Source: a virus
Taxonomy: Duplodnaviria > Heunggongvirae > Uroviricota > Caudoviricetes
IMG/VR virus record: IMGVR_UViG_3300044765_000092
Span: 94,679-158,678 of that record
Direction: 5' to 3' (one strand)
Length of the DNA stretch: 64,000 bases
The notes under the pieces are model-generated. The model saw only the letters and a list, made by a program, of their open reading frames with translations. It made no database searches and was not told where the DNA came from. How positions within the stretch are numbered: position 1 is the stretch's first letter; the number at the start of each line of letters is the position of its first letter. A program made the position numbers and the translations under genes. Of this stretch, positions 45,737-53,916 are shown piece after piece.

Positions 45737-46801
45737 TCACAGATCCCACTCATCGTCATCGTCTTCGTCGCTCGACTTCTTGCCACCCTTCTTGCCCTTC
45801 TTGGGGGCGGGTTCGTCTTCATCGTCGGACTCGTCTTCGTCGTCAGAGTCCTCGTCAGAGTCATCCTCGTCCTCGTCTTCATCGCGGGCCTTCTTGCCCT
45901 TCTTGGCGACCTTGCCCTTCTTGCCCTTGGGGGCCGGCTCGTCGTCCTCGTCATCGTCGTCGGACTCGTCGTCACCATCCTCATCGCCGTCTTCGTCGCC
46001 GTCCTCGTCGTCTTCGTCACCGTCTTCATCGGAGTCTTCGTCCGAATCGTCGTCGCCGTCCTCGTCGTCGGACTCGTCTTCGTCTTCGTCGTCTGCGGGC
46101 TTGCTCTTCTTGCCGCCCTTCTTGCCCTTCTTGGGCGCCGGCTCGTCTTCGTCGTCTTCGACGTCACCGAACTCACCGTCTTCCAGGTCGTCGCCGTCTT
46201 CGGCATCGGCCTCGTCTTCGCTGTCGGAGTCAGACCCAGAACCGGACTTCAGCATCTCGGCCGTGACCGTGGCATTGGCACCGTTGATCAGGTGCTTCTG
46301 GCCGTCGGTGTCGACCACCGTGTAGATGCCGTCCTTTTCGGACACGCTCTTAGCGAAGAACTCCGCGATCACGCGGTTGCCGCGGACATGGACGCCGGCC
46401 GCGTTCTTCATGACCACGCTGCTCATCGGTTCCAGCGTGCTGATGGTCTTGCCATTGCGCTTGTACTCGATGGTGAGCATCGTGCCGTCTTGTGCAGTGA
46501 CCTTGCCACCGACCAGACAGTGAACGGCCTGGGTCACCACGGTGACAAAGTAAGCGCCACCCTTGAGGGCACGCGGACTGCGAACTTGTTGGCCTTGTTC
46601 CTTCGCTGCTGCACGACCAGCCTTGGGACCACGCTTGTTCACCTTTTCTTCACGAGCTGCGCGACCACCGCGCGGAGCACGTTCTTTTGCGGCCGCACCA
46701 CGACCACCGGCACGAGCGCCTGCACCGCGACCGGCCTTCTTGGCAGCGGGCTTGTTGCGAGCGTTCTTCGGGGCCTTCTTGGCTGCTGCTTGACGAGGCA
46801 T
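45737..46801 (-). CDS. Bipolar low-complexity protein: basic N-terminus, beta-rich core, D/E tracts with PAPKKGKKGGKK repeats
   Basis: 354 aa; about 150 aa acidic C-terminus; AGGAG RBS. Confidence 0.85.
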   Translation of the reverse strand: MPRQAAAKKAPKNARNKPAAKKAGRGAGARAGGRGAAAKERAPRGGRAAREEKVNKRGPKAGRAAAKEQGQQVRSPRALKGGAYFVTVVTQAVHCLVGGKVTAQDGTMLTIEYKRNGKTISTLEPMSSVVMKNAAGVHVRGNRVIAEFFAKSVSEKDGIYTVVDTDGQKHLINGANATVTAEMLKSGSGSDSDSEDEADAEDGDDLEDGEFGDVEDDEDEPAPKKGKKGGKKSKPADDEDEDESDDEDGDDDSDEDSDEDGDEDDEDGDEDGDEDGDDESDDDDEDDEPAPKGKKGKVAKKGKKARDEDEDEDDSDEDSDDEDESDDEDEPAPKKGKKGGKKSSDEDDDDEWDL

Positions 46802-46932
46802 GTGAAACTCCTATAGGATTGATGCTGTGTGAATTGCAGTACGCGACGTCTTTGCGTACATGGCTCATTTACAGTTTGACTTTTGTCAAACCGCAGCATC
46901 AAAACTAATGGAGTTTTGGCACACCACAAATG

Positions 46933-46965
46933 CAAAAGCGGATGTCTCGTTAGAAACATCCGCTT
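46933..46965 (-). terminator. Rho-independent terminator
   Basis: On the minus strand AAGCGGATGT-N10-ACATCCGC-TTTT, directly after the stop at 46970. Confidence 0.8.
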
Positions 46966-46969
46966 CTGT

Positions 46970-47269
46970 TTAGCGAGTTGTAGGAATCGTCCGGCTCACG
47001 CGATGCGCGATGATCTTTGATCGGGCTGACTGAGAAGAACTGGTCGCCACCTTGATACTGTGCAGCGCGTGCAACACGTTGCTGCGAGCAGCCTCCAGCT
47101 CACTGATGACGAGCAGAACGGCCAACTCGGCTCGTCGCTGCTCGTTCGTTAGTTCGCTGTAAGGCAATTTCGGCATCTTCTGCCACCTATTGCGCAGTTC
47201 GTTGACGCGCTGTTCGATCCGCGCCACTTTGTCGAGCGCTGGATGGTGGAGGAAGTGTGACTCAGTCAT
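46970..47269 (-). CDS. Small helical hypothetical protein
   Basis: GAGGAG RBS. Confidence 0.7.
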   Translation of the reverse strand: MTESHFLHHPALDKVARIEQRVNELRNRWQKMPKLPYSELTNEQRRAELAVLLVISELEAARSNVLHALHSIKVATSSSQSARSKIIAHRVSRTIPTTR

Positions 47270-47321
47270 GGCTATGTTCTCCTCAGTACAACTATTGACA
47301 GCACATTCAGCTCAAATCGGA

Positions 47322-47945
47322 TCAACGCATCGGGAACGTGGTGGTCTCCGGCGACGTAGGTGACGTCGTGTCCACGGAGTATCGCCGTTTGCCCAACGCA
47401 GGGCCTTCCTGTCCACGCGGACGTCGCTCGCCCCAAAACATCTTCTGTTCAGTGGGGATCGTCAACGCCTTGACGCACGCAGTCTTGAGCATGTCACGGA
47501 TCAAAGCGCCGTAGCCTAGAGCGGTGATCTGCGTGTAGTTGCCGTCGATCGCGGGTTCAAGCCCCTCGCGGGTATGCTGACCCCGGTAGACCCACAGGGG
47601 TTCCAGATTGGCAGAACCCGCGATCTTGCCTTGGATCGGTGTGGTAACCAGCTCGTTGACCCGGCTGACACTGAGCGTGACCTCAAATTCTTGCGCCGGA
47701 TCACCAGTGTCCGGTTGCTTGTTGGCTGTCCTGAAGAATGCTTCGACGATGATCTGTCCGACCGCGCCGAAAAACGCGGCCTGCACCTGCGTCTTGTTGT
47801 GTGACACAAACGCAGCAGTCTGCTTTTCACCCTGAGGGCCACCGACCAGAACTGCGTCACCAAATCCGGTGCCTGGTATGTACTTGCCGCTTTCATAGAT
47901 GACGAAGTTGCGTTTGTCCGTCAGCTTAACCTGAACGTTGCTCAT
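47322..47945 (-). CDS. Hypothetical protein
   Basis: Start MSNVQV with AGGAG RBS. Confidence 0.7.
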   Translation of the reverse strand: MSNVQVKLTDKRNFVIYESGKYIPGTGFGDAVLVGGPQGEKQTAAFVSHNKTQVQAAFFGAVGQIIVEAFFRTANKQPDTGDPAQEFEVTLSVSRVNELVTTPIQGKIAGSANLEPLWVYRGQHTREGLEPAIDGNYTQITALGYGALIRDMLKTACVKALTIPTEQKMFWGERRPRGQEGPALGKRRYSVDTTSPTSPETTTFPMR

Positions 47946-47967
47946 GTTGAGTTCTCCTGCGCTGGTA

Positions 47968-48264
47968 CTAATGTACTGAAATGAGTTTCCTCGCAACCTG
48001 CTGAAGCAGATCGTCAAAGGTAGTCGCCTGATTTATCGAAAGGTCCAGATCACAACCCGGGAAGACATGTGAGAGAGCTGCGCACAACTCTCTGAGATCT
48101 CTTTCCGAGAACCCAAAGTGTTGCGACAGCGAATCTGCGTACATCACTTCTTGAGCTAGATCACCTGATGCCATCCCCGCTAAGGCCGAGCGTACTTCGT
48201 ACTCGATCCGTGACAATCTGAGTGTCCCGTCGTCGTCAGATCCGTCTGTCGCAGCCACGATCAC
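47968..48264 (-). CDS. Acyl carrier protein-like protein with Glu at the phosphopantetheine Ser position
   Basis: EVMYADSLSQHFGFSERDLRELCAALSHVF aligns without gaps to E. coli AcpP [30 protein letters not shown]; C-terminal TTFDDLL resembles TTVQAAI. Confidence 0.55.
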   Translation of the reverse strand: MIVAATDGSDDDGTLRLSRIEYEVRSALAGMASGDLAQEVMYADSLSQHFGFSERDLRELCAALSHVFPGCDLDLSINQATTFDDLLQQVARKLISVH

Positions 48265-48693
48265 TTACTTGGACCTCCGGGCCTTCATCTGGACGACTTG
48301 GTGTTGCTTCTGTTCGTCTGGCGCGGGTAGGGCCAGTGGTGGCTGAACCTCGGCCGGCGGCTGCTGCGGCAGGGCCTTCTTGTCGGTAGTACGACGAATC
48401 GGTTTCTTGGCCGCCATACGCTTGGCGAACTTGGTCCATGCTTCGGGGTCATTTGCGACCTTCTCCGCGAGCTCCCACAGATCGGGCGGCACAAAGGCTT
48501 TGATGACCGCGTCCTTGGCTGCGGACACAGCACTGCCGTGGGTCGTCGTATCGTAGTGGAAGCGCAGCGTCGGATGTTGGCGCGGCACCGGCTGCATGAG
48601 CATGGCGAGGGCAAACAAATGCTCCTCGTTCGTCGGGTCGAACGCCACCGCTGTGTGCGTTCGCAAGCTCTTGGACAACGAGTTTCCGTTCAT
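48265..48693 (-). CDS. Hypothetical protein
   Basis: AGGAG-like RBS; Pro/Gln-rich tail. Confidence 0.7.
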   Translation of the reverse strand: MNGNSLSKSLRTHTAVAFDPTNEEHLFALAMLMQPVPRQHPTLRFHYDTTTHGSAVSAAKDAVIKAFVPPDLWELAEKVANDPEAWTKFAKRMAAKKPIRRTTDKKALPQQPPAEVQPPLALPAPDEQKQHQVVQMKARRSK

Positions 48694-48778
48694 AGACTCC
48701 TCTACTGGTTGATTCTGAAAGATGGAGGGCCAGTGTCGGCGCCAGCCCTCCCATTTACACGATGGTGGGTCGGTCAGG

Positions 48779-49348
48779 TCAGGCAGTCGGGTTGCTGGCC
48801 GACAGCTGAATGTCAGGCCCCGGCCCGCGATTCACGTAGGTCTTCGGAACCTTTGCCAGTTTGCTGGCCTTGACCTTCTTGCTGGTCTTCGACGTGGACT
48901 TTGTCGGTGGCGTGACCAAGGCGCCGGTGCCGCTGTCCTTGGCCTTCTTGGTCTTGGCCTTGGTCTTGGGCTTGATGTCCTTCGGCGGCAGATGAGCCTT
49001 GCTTGGATCGCATGCAGTGATCGGGGCGTTGCCAGACGGGAACATCAGGGTCGCCGAGTTGACGAGATGATTTCTCTTGTACTCGATCCGCTGACCTTCC
49101 AGTTCGCGCGGGCAGGAAGACCCCGGAACCACGAGCGGAAGGGCTTCGTGGTCGTTGACCTTGACCATCAGGACCGCCGGATAGCGCCCGATTCCGTAGA
49201 AACAGCCACCAGTGTCGATGTGCTTGAAGGAGGTGTGCACCGGAGTGGTGTGCTCGCCGACACCTGACACTTGCCCGCAGATGGTCACTGGTCCGTGCAC
49301 CATCGACTGCGATGCGTTGAGATGGCTGGAGAGTTCGTCGAACTTCAT
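48779..49348 (-). CDS. Hypothetical protein (beta-rich N-domain, Lys-rich tail)
   Basis: AAAGG RBS; K/T-rich C-terminus. Confidence 0.7.
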   Translation of the reverse strand: MKFDELSSHLNASQSMVHGPVTICGQVSGVGEHTTPVHTSFKHIDTGGCFYGIGRYPAVLMVKVNDHEALPLVVPGSSCPRELEGQRIEYKRNHLVNSATLMFPSGNAPITACDPSKAHLPPKDIKPKTKAKTKKAKDSGTGALVTPPTKSTSKTSKKVKASKLAKVPKTYVNRGPGPDIQLSASNPTA

Positions 49349-49419
49349 GATGAGATTGCCTTTCTGACCCTATAGTGGTGTGGGTCGTACTTTCGCATGT
49401 GGACCTGAGAACGGGCAGG

Positions 49420-49725
49420 TCACTTACCCGTGAACTTGAGCGAGCCAGAAGCCTGCATCTGTTCAAGTTGCAGAGCCGTCTGCTTCCAGTTGTAGACCGA
49501 CAGCGACCGCCGTGCGTTGGCACTGGCTTCGATCCTTTGAGCCTCTAAATCTTTGGCCTGCGGTGATGCCCACCAGTCGCGGTCGCCGGACTCAATGGCG
49601 TCGTTCAGTAGTCGACCGTATCTGGACTGGGCAGCCATCCAACTAGCCATCGCATCCATGTAGTTTTCCCATAGCTGGTCGAGACTCAGCTCGAGGTTCG
49701 GATCGTCCTTGATGTCGATGGTCAT
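49420..49725 (-). CDS. Small helical hypothetical protein
   Basis: ATGA-coupled; AAGGAG RBS. Confidence 0.7.
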   Translation of the reverse strand: MTIDIKDDPNLELSLDQLWENYMDAMASWMAAQSRYGRLLNDAIESGDRDWWASPQAKDLEAQRIEASANARRSLSVYNWKQTALQLEQMQASGSLKFTGK

Positions 49726-50279
49726 GCTATCTCCTTGCCGGTCTTGGCTTGCTTCAAATGACCGTACCGAGAGTTGATCGAAGCCTGGAGCAGAGCGATC
49801 CGCGCGTTGAGCTCAGCAGCTTCGCGTTCCGTCTGATAGGGCCGAACGATTGGGGCGCCCACAACACGATGAGCGATCAGTCTCGACGGCTGCACAGGAG
49901 TGGCAACCACACGGCCAGCTTGCACCACGAGCTTGGCTTCACGGACCAGACTCTGGTCTTGTACCTTGGCCGCCCTTCGCAAGAAGAAGCGGTTCATGCG
50001 GGCAACGAACTTGAGCACCAGCGATTGGGTCAACGGGTTCGTGGAGAACACGTGATACCAGCCGCGACCCTGTTCGCAGATGCTGATCTGCGAAATCACA
50101 TGCTGGAACACCGGGCCGATGGTGGTCATGAACGCCTGGAACAGTTCGCGGGGGATTTGCAGCTTGACCGTGACTTCGCCGGATTGGCGGTCACGGAGCA
50201 CCGTGTACTGATAACCGGGGCCGTCATAGACGAATTCGTGGTCGTCCGACATGATGGCGCGGGAAACAAACTGAGTCAT
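49722..50279 (-). CDS. Hypothetical protein
   Basis: AAGGAG RBS. Confidence 0.7.
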   Translation of the reverse strand: MTQFVSRAIMSDDHEFVYDGPGYQYTVLRDRQSGEVTVKLQIPRELFQAFMTTIGPVFQHVISQISICEQGRGWYHVFSTNPLTQSLVLKFVARMNRFFLRRAAKVQDQSLVREAKLVVQAGRVVATPVQPSRLIAHRVVGAPIVRPYQTEREAAELNARIALLQASINSRYGHLKQAKTGKEIA

Positions 50280-50336
50280 GGTGGTTGCTCCTTGGAGCCG
50301 CAGTTGAGTAAGTCGATTGTGGAACGGAAATTGAGG

Positions 50337-50371
50337 ACAAGCGTCTAGCTCCGGCCTGGCTAGACGCTTGT
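50337..50371 (-). terminator. Strong stem-loop after the Ubl gene (likely terminator)
   Basis: ACAAGCGTCTAGC-N9-GCTAGACGCTTGT, a 13-bp perfect stem; the U-tract is weak. Confidence 0.7.
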
Positions 50372-50407
50372 ATCCCTCAGGTACTGCTCAGAATGTTGAA
50401 GCGGTGG

Positions 50408-50671
50408 TCAGCCGCCGCTGGCGTTGCGCGTGGCCGTGATCGTCAGATCGGTGCGGACGTTGCGGTCCAGGCTGACGACCTTGCCCGCTGCGTCGCGCAG
50501 CGCCAGACCCAGGGTGGCGACGTCCTCGCGGATCTTCTTCAGCGCGGCACGCACCGTGGTGCCGACCGGGACCTTGACCTCGCCGCTAATCTGGCCGCTG
50601 ACCTTCAGCTTCACTTCCTGCGTGGTGTTGTTGTCGTTGGTGTTGTTGCTGCCGTTGGTGTTGTCGTTCAT
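50408..50671 (-). CDS. Ubiquitin-like beta-grasp protein ending in Gly-Gly
   Basis: EVKLKVSG...EVKVPVGTTVRAALKK...LRD...VVSLDRNV...DLTITATRNASGG*; GAGG RBS; N/T-rich N-terminal extension. Confidence 0.85.
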   Translation of the reverse strand: MNDNTNGSNNTNDNNTTQEVKLKVSGQISGEVKVPVGTTVRAALKKIREDVATLGLALRDAAGKVVSLDRNVRTDLTITATRNASGG

Positions 50672-50801
50672 GGTAAACCTCTGAGGTTGAGTTGAGGGTT
50701 TCAGCAATGGACCTGTTGCTGAGCCAGGATCGCAGCACTGTCGCTGCGGATTCTGTTGATACTGAGCCGGTGGAACGGGAGGACTGTCGTCCTACCTACG
50801 T

Positions 50802-51521
50802 CTACATTTCCAGATCGAGTGCAGTCTTGAACTGCCTGCTCGTCATGGTCCATGGATCGACGCTGAACATAACTTCGTTCGGCGTCGCTGCTGGCCCCTG
50901 CATCACAAATGTAACAAACTGTAACGCAAGGTGCGCGGCCAGCATTTGGGCTGTGGGTCCCACCGACTGTATTGTACCACACGCCGCACGGTCGTGGGTA
51001 ACCTCGTCGTCAGAGTACAGCTCAGCTTGGTACTCGCGACGCTGCATCGGATCACGTGGTTCCAGGTAGTAGGAGGCACCGTTTTTCGAACCCATCCTGG
51101 CTTCGCCGTAAAAGTCCTGGTGGACCCGACACGAACCGAAGATGGCGGAACGCGCAGCCATGGAGTCCACGCAGACAAACACGTAGCTCTCGAACAAACG
51201 CTGCACCGACTTTTCGGGTTCGATACCATTGACGTACTTGGGCACCGCATTGACGACGATGGATTCGCCAACCTGCTCGGCAACGCGGGCGGCCGCGGCT
51301 TCGACCTTGAACCTACCCACGTCATTTACAGTATAGAGGTACTGGTTCGGCAGGTTGTGGAACTCCAGCACGTCAGGGTCGTACAGGTTGATGTTCTTGC
51401 AGCCGAGGCGTGCGAGATTCTGTAAAACCGCGCAGCCCAGGGCACCGACGCCGACGACAGCGATGAACTTGTCGTTCAGTTTGGTGGGGTCGAAAATGGT
51501 TCTGTGTTTGATCAGGTCCAT
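50802..51521 (-). CDS. E1-like ThiF/MoeB family adenylyltransferase
   Basis: GVGALG, YDPD, NLPNQ, GRFKVEAA, VDSMAAR, candidate catalytic Cys in AACG (codon 50979-50981); no CxxC zinc pairs. Confidence 0.92.
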   Translation of the reverse strand: MDLIKHRTIFDPTKLNDKFIAVVGVGALGCAVLQNLARLGCKNINLYDPDVLEFHNLPNQYLYTVNDVGRFKVEAAAARVAEQVGESIVVNAVPKYVNGIEPEKSVQRLFESYVFVCVDSMAARSAIFGSCRVHQDFYGEARMGSKNGASYYLEPRDPMQRREYQAELYSDDEVTHDRAACGTIQSVGPTAQMLAAHLALQFVTFVMQGPAATPNEVMFSVDPWTMTSRQFKTALDLEM

Positions 51522-51567
51522 TGAGATCTCCTAGTCTGGTGAACACGCGCGTGATCACTGCCGTTGT

Positions 51568-53331
51568 TTATTCGTCAGATTCGTCGTCCTCGCCTTCCCC
51601 GTCCTCCTCGTCTTCGTCAGCGAGTTCGTTGCCAATGTCATTGGACAACGCAGCACCGACCGAGTTGAACTCGAAGATGTGAACACGTTTGCTCTTCACC
51701 GGGTTCTCGGGCTTGCGCTCAGGGAACTTTGTGTTGAACTTGCTGACTGCGCCGCTGTCGTTCGGGTTGACCGTCTGCAGGAATTCCAGCACGGTTAGGA
51801 ACGCCGTGTAGAAGTCGAAGGACGTCAACGCCATTGTCAGCGCATCGTGATATGAGCCCAAACACACATCAGTGTTCCACCCATGCGGATGGATAGCTTT
51901 GTCTGGGTTGTACGTCGGGTCGAGCGCCAAGTTGCGAATGTAAAAGCCGCTGCGCAGATCGTAAGTCACCTCGTAACAACCGAGATAACGATGAACCAGC
52001 TTTTGGTCCACGAACTCGATGTCCTTGGTGACCATCACAATGGAATTTTGGGTCACTCGCAATTGTTGCGCCAGCGGATACGCCCGTAGCTCGTCCAGCA
52101 CCTTACGGAGCTTACGGCGAAGCCCCGCCTTGATAGTTTGTTGAATGAAGGTCTGCTTGCCGAAGTCTTCGGCAGCCTTTGCCAGCTCGACGCGCAATTC
52201 GCGGATTCGCTCCTGGAGTTGCATCCGCTGACGCTGGGTTTCAGCAGCCAACACAGACACCCAGCCCTTGGCCACCGTGTCGAAGTCCAGATCGGTCTGT
52301 CCGACCGTCAGGTTGTGATCCTCGGTCAGATCGTGCTCCACGAAGTAGACCGTGCATTTGTGCCACGAATCGTGGATCTTCCACACGCCAGGGATCGAAT
52401 CGTGTTTGCGGTGCTCGCTGTTCCAGAAGTTCTGGAGGTCCCTTCCAAGGAGGCCTTCCGTACCATAATGGATGCCACGGATACGGACGTTGTAGAGCAC
52501 GTAACTGCGCGCCTTGCCTGAGTTCAGGTCCTCGAGCCAGAAATCACGCGCAGTATTGCTCTTTGCTTGTCCGCTGTTTGTGTGGGAACGAATCTGGTCG
52601 GCGATGTCACGAAGTGCATATCGCTCGGCTTCGCCTAAGCGATCGGAGACATCGATCATGAGGCCGAACGCGTCAAACGCCGGATAATCATCGCCGTCGA
52701 TGACCAACGACTCGATATACGAGTCGTAAAAGAACGGTATCTCGATATTCGACATCGGCCCGTCGGGACCAGCACGGTTGTAGCCGAATCCGTGTTCCCA
52801 CGTCCATTCGGAACGCGGTTTGTCTGCGTACCGGTCTTTCATGGCATTGAGTGCGTGCTCAGCCATCATCGATGTCGGAAACCAGAAGTACAGATGCGGA
52901 GGCCAGTCGCCGTCTTCCATCAAGCGGGTCGGCCCGATCACCGGGTCGGAGTCGTCACTGCCCTCGTCGTCCTCTTCGGCTTCTGCTTCGGGGTCCACGT
53001 CGGAAGGACGCAGTTCGCGTGTCGTATCTTGACGAGCAGCGGCCTCGGCTTCCAACAGTGACTCCAATGACGGCAGTTCTTCAAACTTCCAAATGCCCTT
53101 GGGTCGCTTGGTCAGCCCAAAGAGGGGCTTGATCTGTGTGAGGACCGCAAACGTCGGCCAGTTGTAGTAGAGGTCGCGACCGCGGAAGTCTCCCTTGCAC
53201 AGGGCGATCATGTCGCCGACAAAAATGTTCTTGGGACCGAGGGGTGCTCCGTACGGGTGAACGGCGGCCGGAGACGGTTGTTCTGCCGATTGTTGGGCCT
53301 GGGCCTGTTCGATGGTCGATTGATCCGCCAT
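51568..53331 (-). CDS. Large protein with a C-terminal prokaryotic E2 (UBC-fold)-like domain
   Basis: IHPHGWNTDVCLGSY (cf. E2 HPN...ICL; Cys codon 51862-51864), preceded by beta strands and followed by LTVLEFLQTVN; central coiled coil; acidic tracts. Confidence 0.7.
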   Translation of the reverse strand: MADQSTIEQAQAQQSAEQPSPAAVHPYGAPLGPKNIFVGDMIALCKGDFRGRDLYYNWPTFAVLTQIKPLFGLTKRPKGIWKFEELPSLESLLEAEAAARQDTTRELRPSDVDPEAEAEEDDEGSDDSDPVIGPTRLMEDGDWPPHLYFWFPTSMMAEHALNAMKDRYADKPRSEWTWEHGFGYNRAGPDGPMSNIEIPFFYDSYIESLVIDGDDYPAFDAFGLMIDVSDRLGEAERYALRDIADQIRSHTNSGQAKSNTARDFWLEDLNSGKARSYVLYNVRIRGIHYGTEGLLGRDLQNFWNSEHRKHDSIPGVWKIHDSWHKCTVYFVEHDLTEDHNLTVGQTDLDFDTVAKGWVSVLAAETQRQRMQLQERIRELRVELAKAAEDFGKQTFIQQTIKAGLRRKLRKVLDELRAYPLAQQLRVTQNSIVMVTKDIEFVDQKLVHRYLGCYEVTYDLRSGFYIRNLALDPTYNPDKAIHPHGWNTDVCLGSYHDALTMALTSFDFYTAFLTVLEFLQTVNPNDSGAVSKFNTKFPERKPENPVKSKRVHIFEFNSVGAALSNDIGNELADEDEEDGEGEDDESDE

Positions 53332-53355
53332 GAGGAAATCTCCGTAGTGGTTGAG

Positions 53356-53502
53356 TTAGCGTCGGCCACGGGTTCGTGTGTGAACCTTGAGGCCGAACAG
53401 GAAGTAGCCGAGTCGTAAGCGATTATTTACGCGAACGGGTTCGATGTGGAAGAAACGATAGGCGATGCGGCCGAGGAAAGTGCGATGAGTGCGAATAACC
53501 AT
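53356..53502 (-). CDS. Small basic hydrophobic peptide
   Basis: GGAG RBS; MVIRTHRTFLGR... Confidence 0.5.
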   Translation of the reverse strand: MVIRTHRTFLGRIAYRFFHIEPVRVNNRLRLGYFLFGLKVHTRTRGRR

Positions 53503-53571
53503 GCTGAGTGCTCCCAAGTAGGGAGCAAACTGCTTGCGACCCCCTACACCCATCATTTACAGTTCGAGTAG

Positions 53572-53916
53572 TTATCTGCGCATCTTCGCCTGATCTTTTG
53601 CGTCCTCATCAGAGAACACTGGAACAGCGTTGGACTTGTGAAGTACGCCGATACCGATCATCTTGGTTCCTGTGTACTTCTTGTCCCGAGGTTTGGCCGT
53701 CGACCCTGCGTCCAAGCGCAGTTTCTTGGCCTTCTTGGTCTTGACAGTGACCGGAGGCAATCCCACTGGACCACGGACCACTGGATCTATGATCTTGGTC
53801 GGTGGCTTGATCTGCTGTGCCGGGTATTTCTGCATCAGCTTGTTCCAACTTGCCTCCAGTTCGCGTGCCTGCTTGGCGGCTTCAGCGCTTCGAAACTTTG
53901 GCTTCCGCTTCGGCAT
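53572..53916 (-). CDS. Basic hypothetical protein with a C-terminal YTGTKMIGIGVLHKSNAVPV motif
   Basis: Start MPKRKPK; the motif is reminiscent of a small conserved protein of T4-like phages. Confidence 0.65.
   Translation of the reverse strand: MPKRKPKFRSAEAAKQARELEASWNKLMQKYPAQQIKPPTKIIDPVVRGPVGLPPVTVKTKKAKKLRLDAGSTAKPRDKKYTGTKMIGIGVLHKSNAVPVFSDEDAKDQAKMRR

Noticed and set aside
51323-51332. CATTTACAGT near-copy of the promoter motif inside the E1 gene
   Set aside because: It is explained by codons for Y-T-V-N-D and has no adjacent hairpin or gene start. It is not counted as a promoter, though an internal promoter for the Ubl cannot be excluded.
50408-51521. Reading ThiF plus the GG protein as thiamine or molybdopterin biosynthesis (ThiF/ThiS, MoeB/MoaD)
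   Set aside because: No thiG, moaE, cysteine desulfurase or rhodanese is present; the E1 lacks the CxxC zinc pairs of ThiF/MoeB; an E2-like gene is adjacent.
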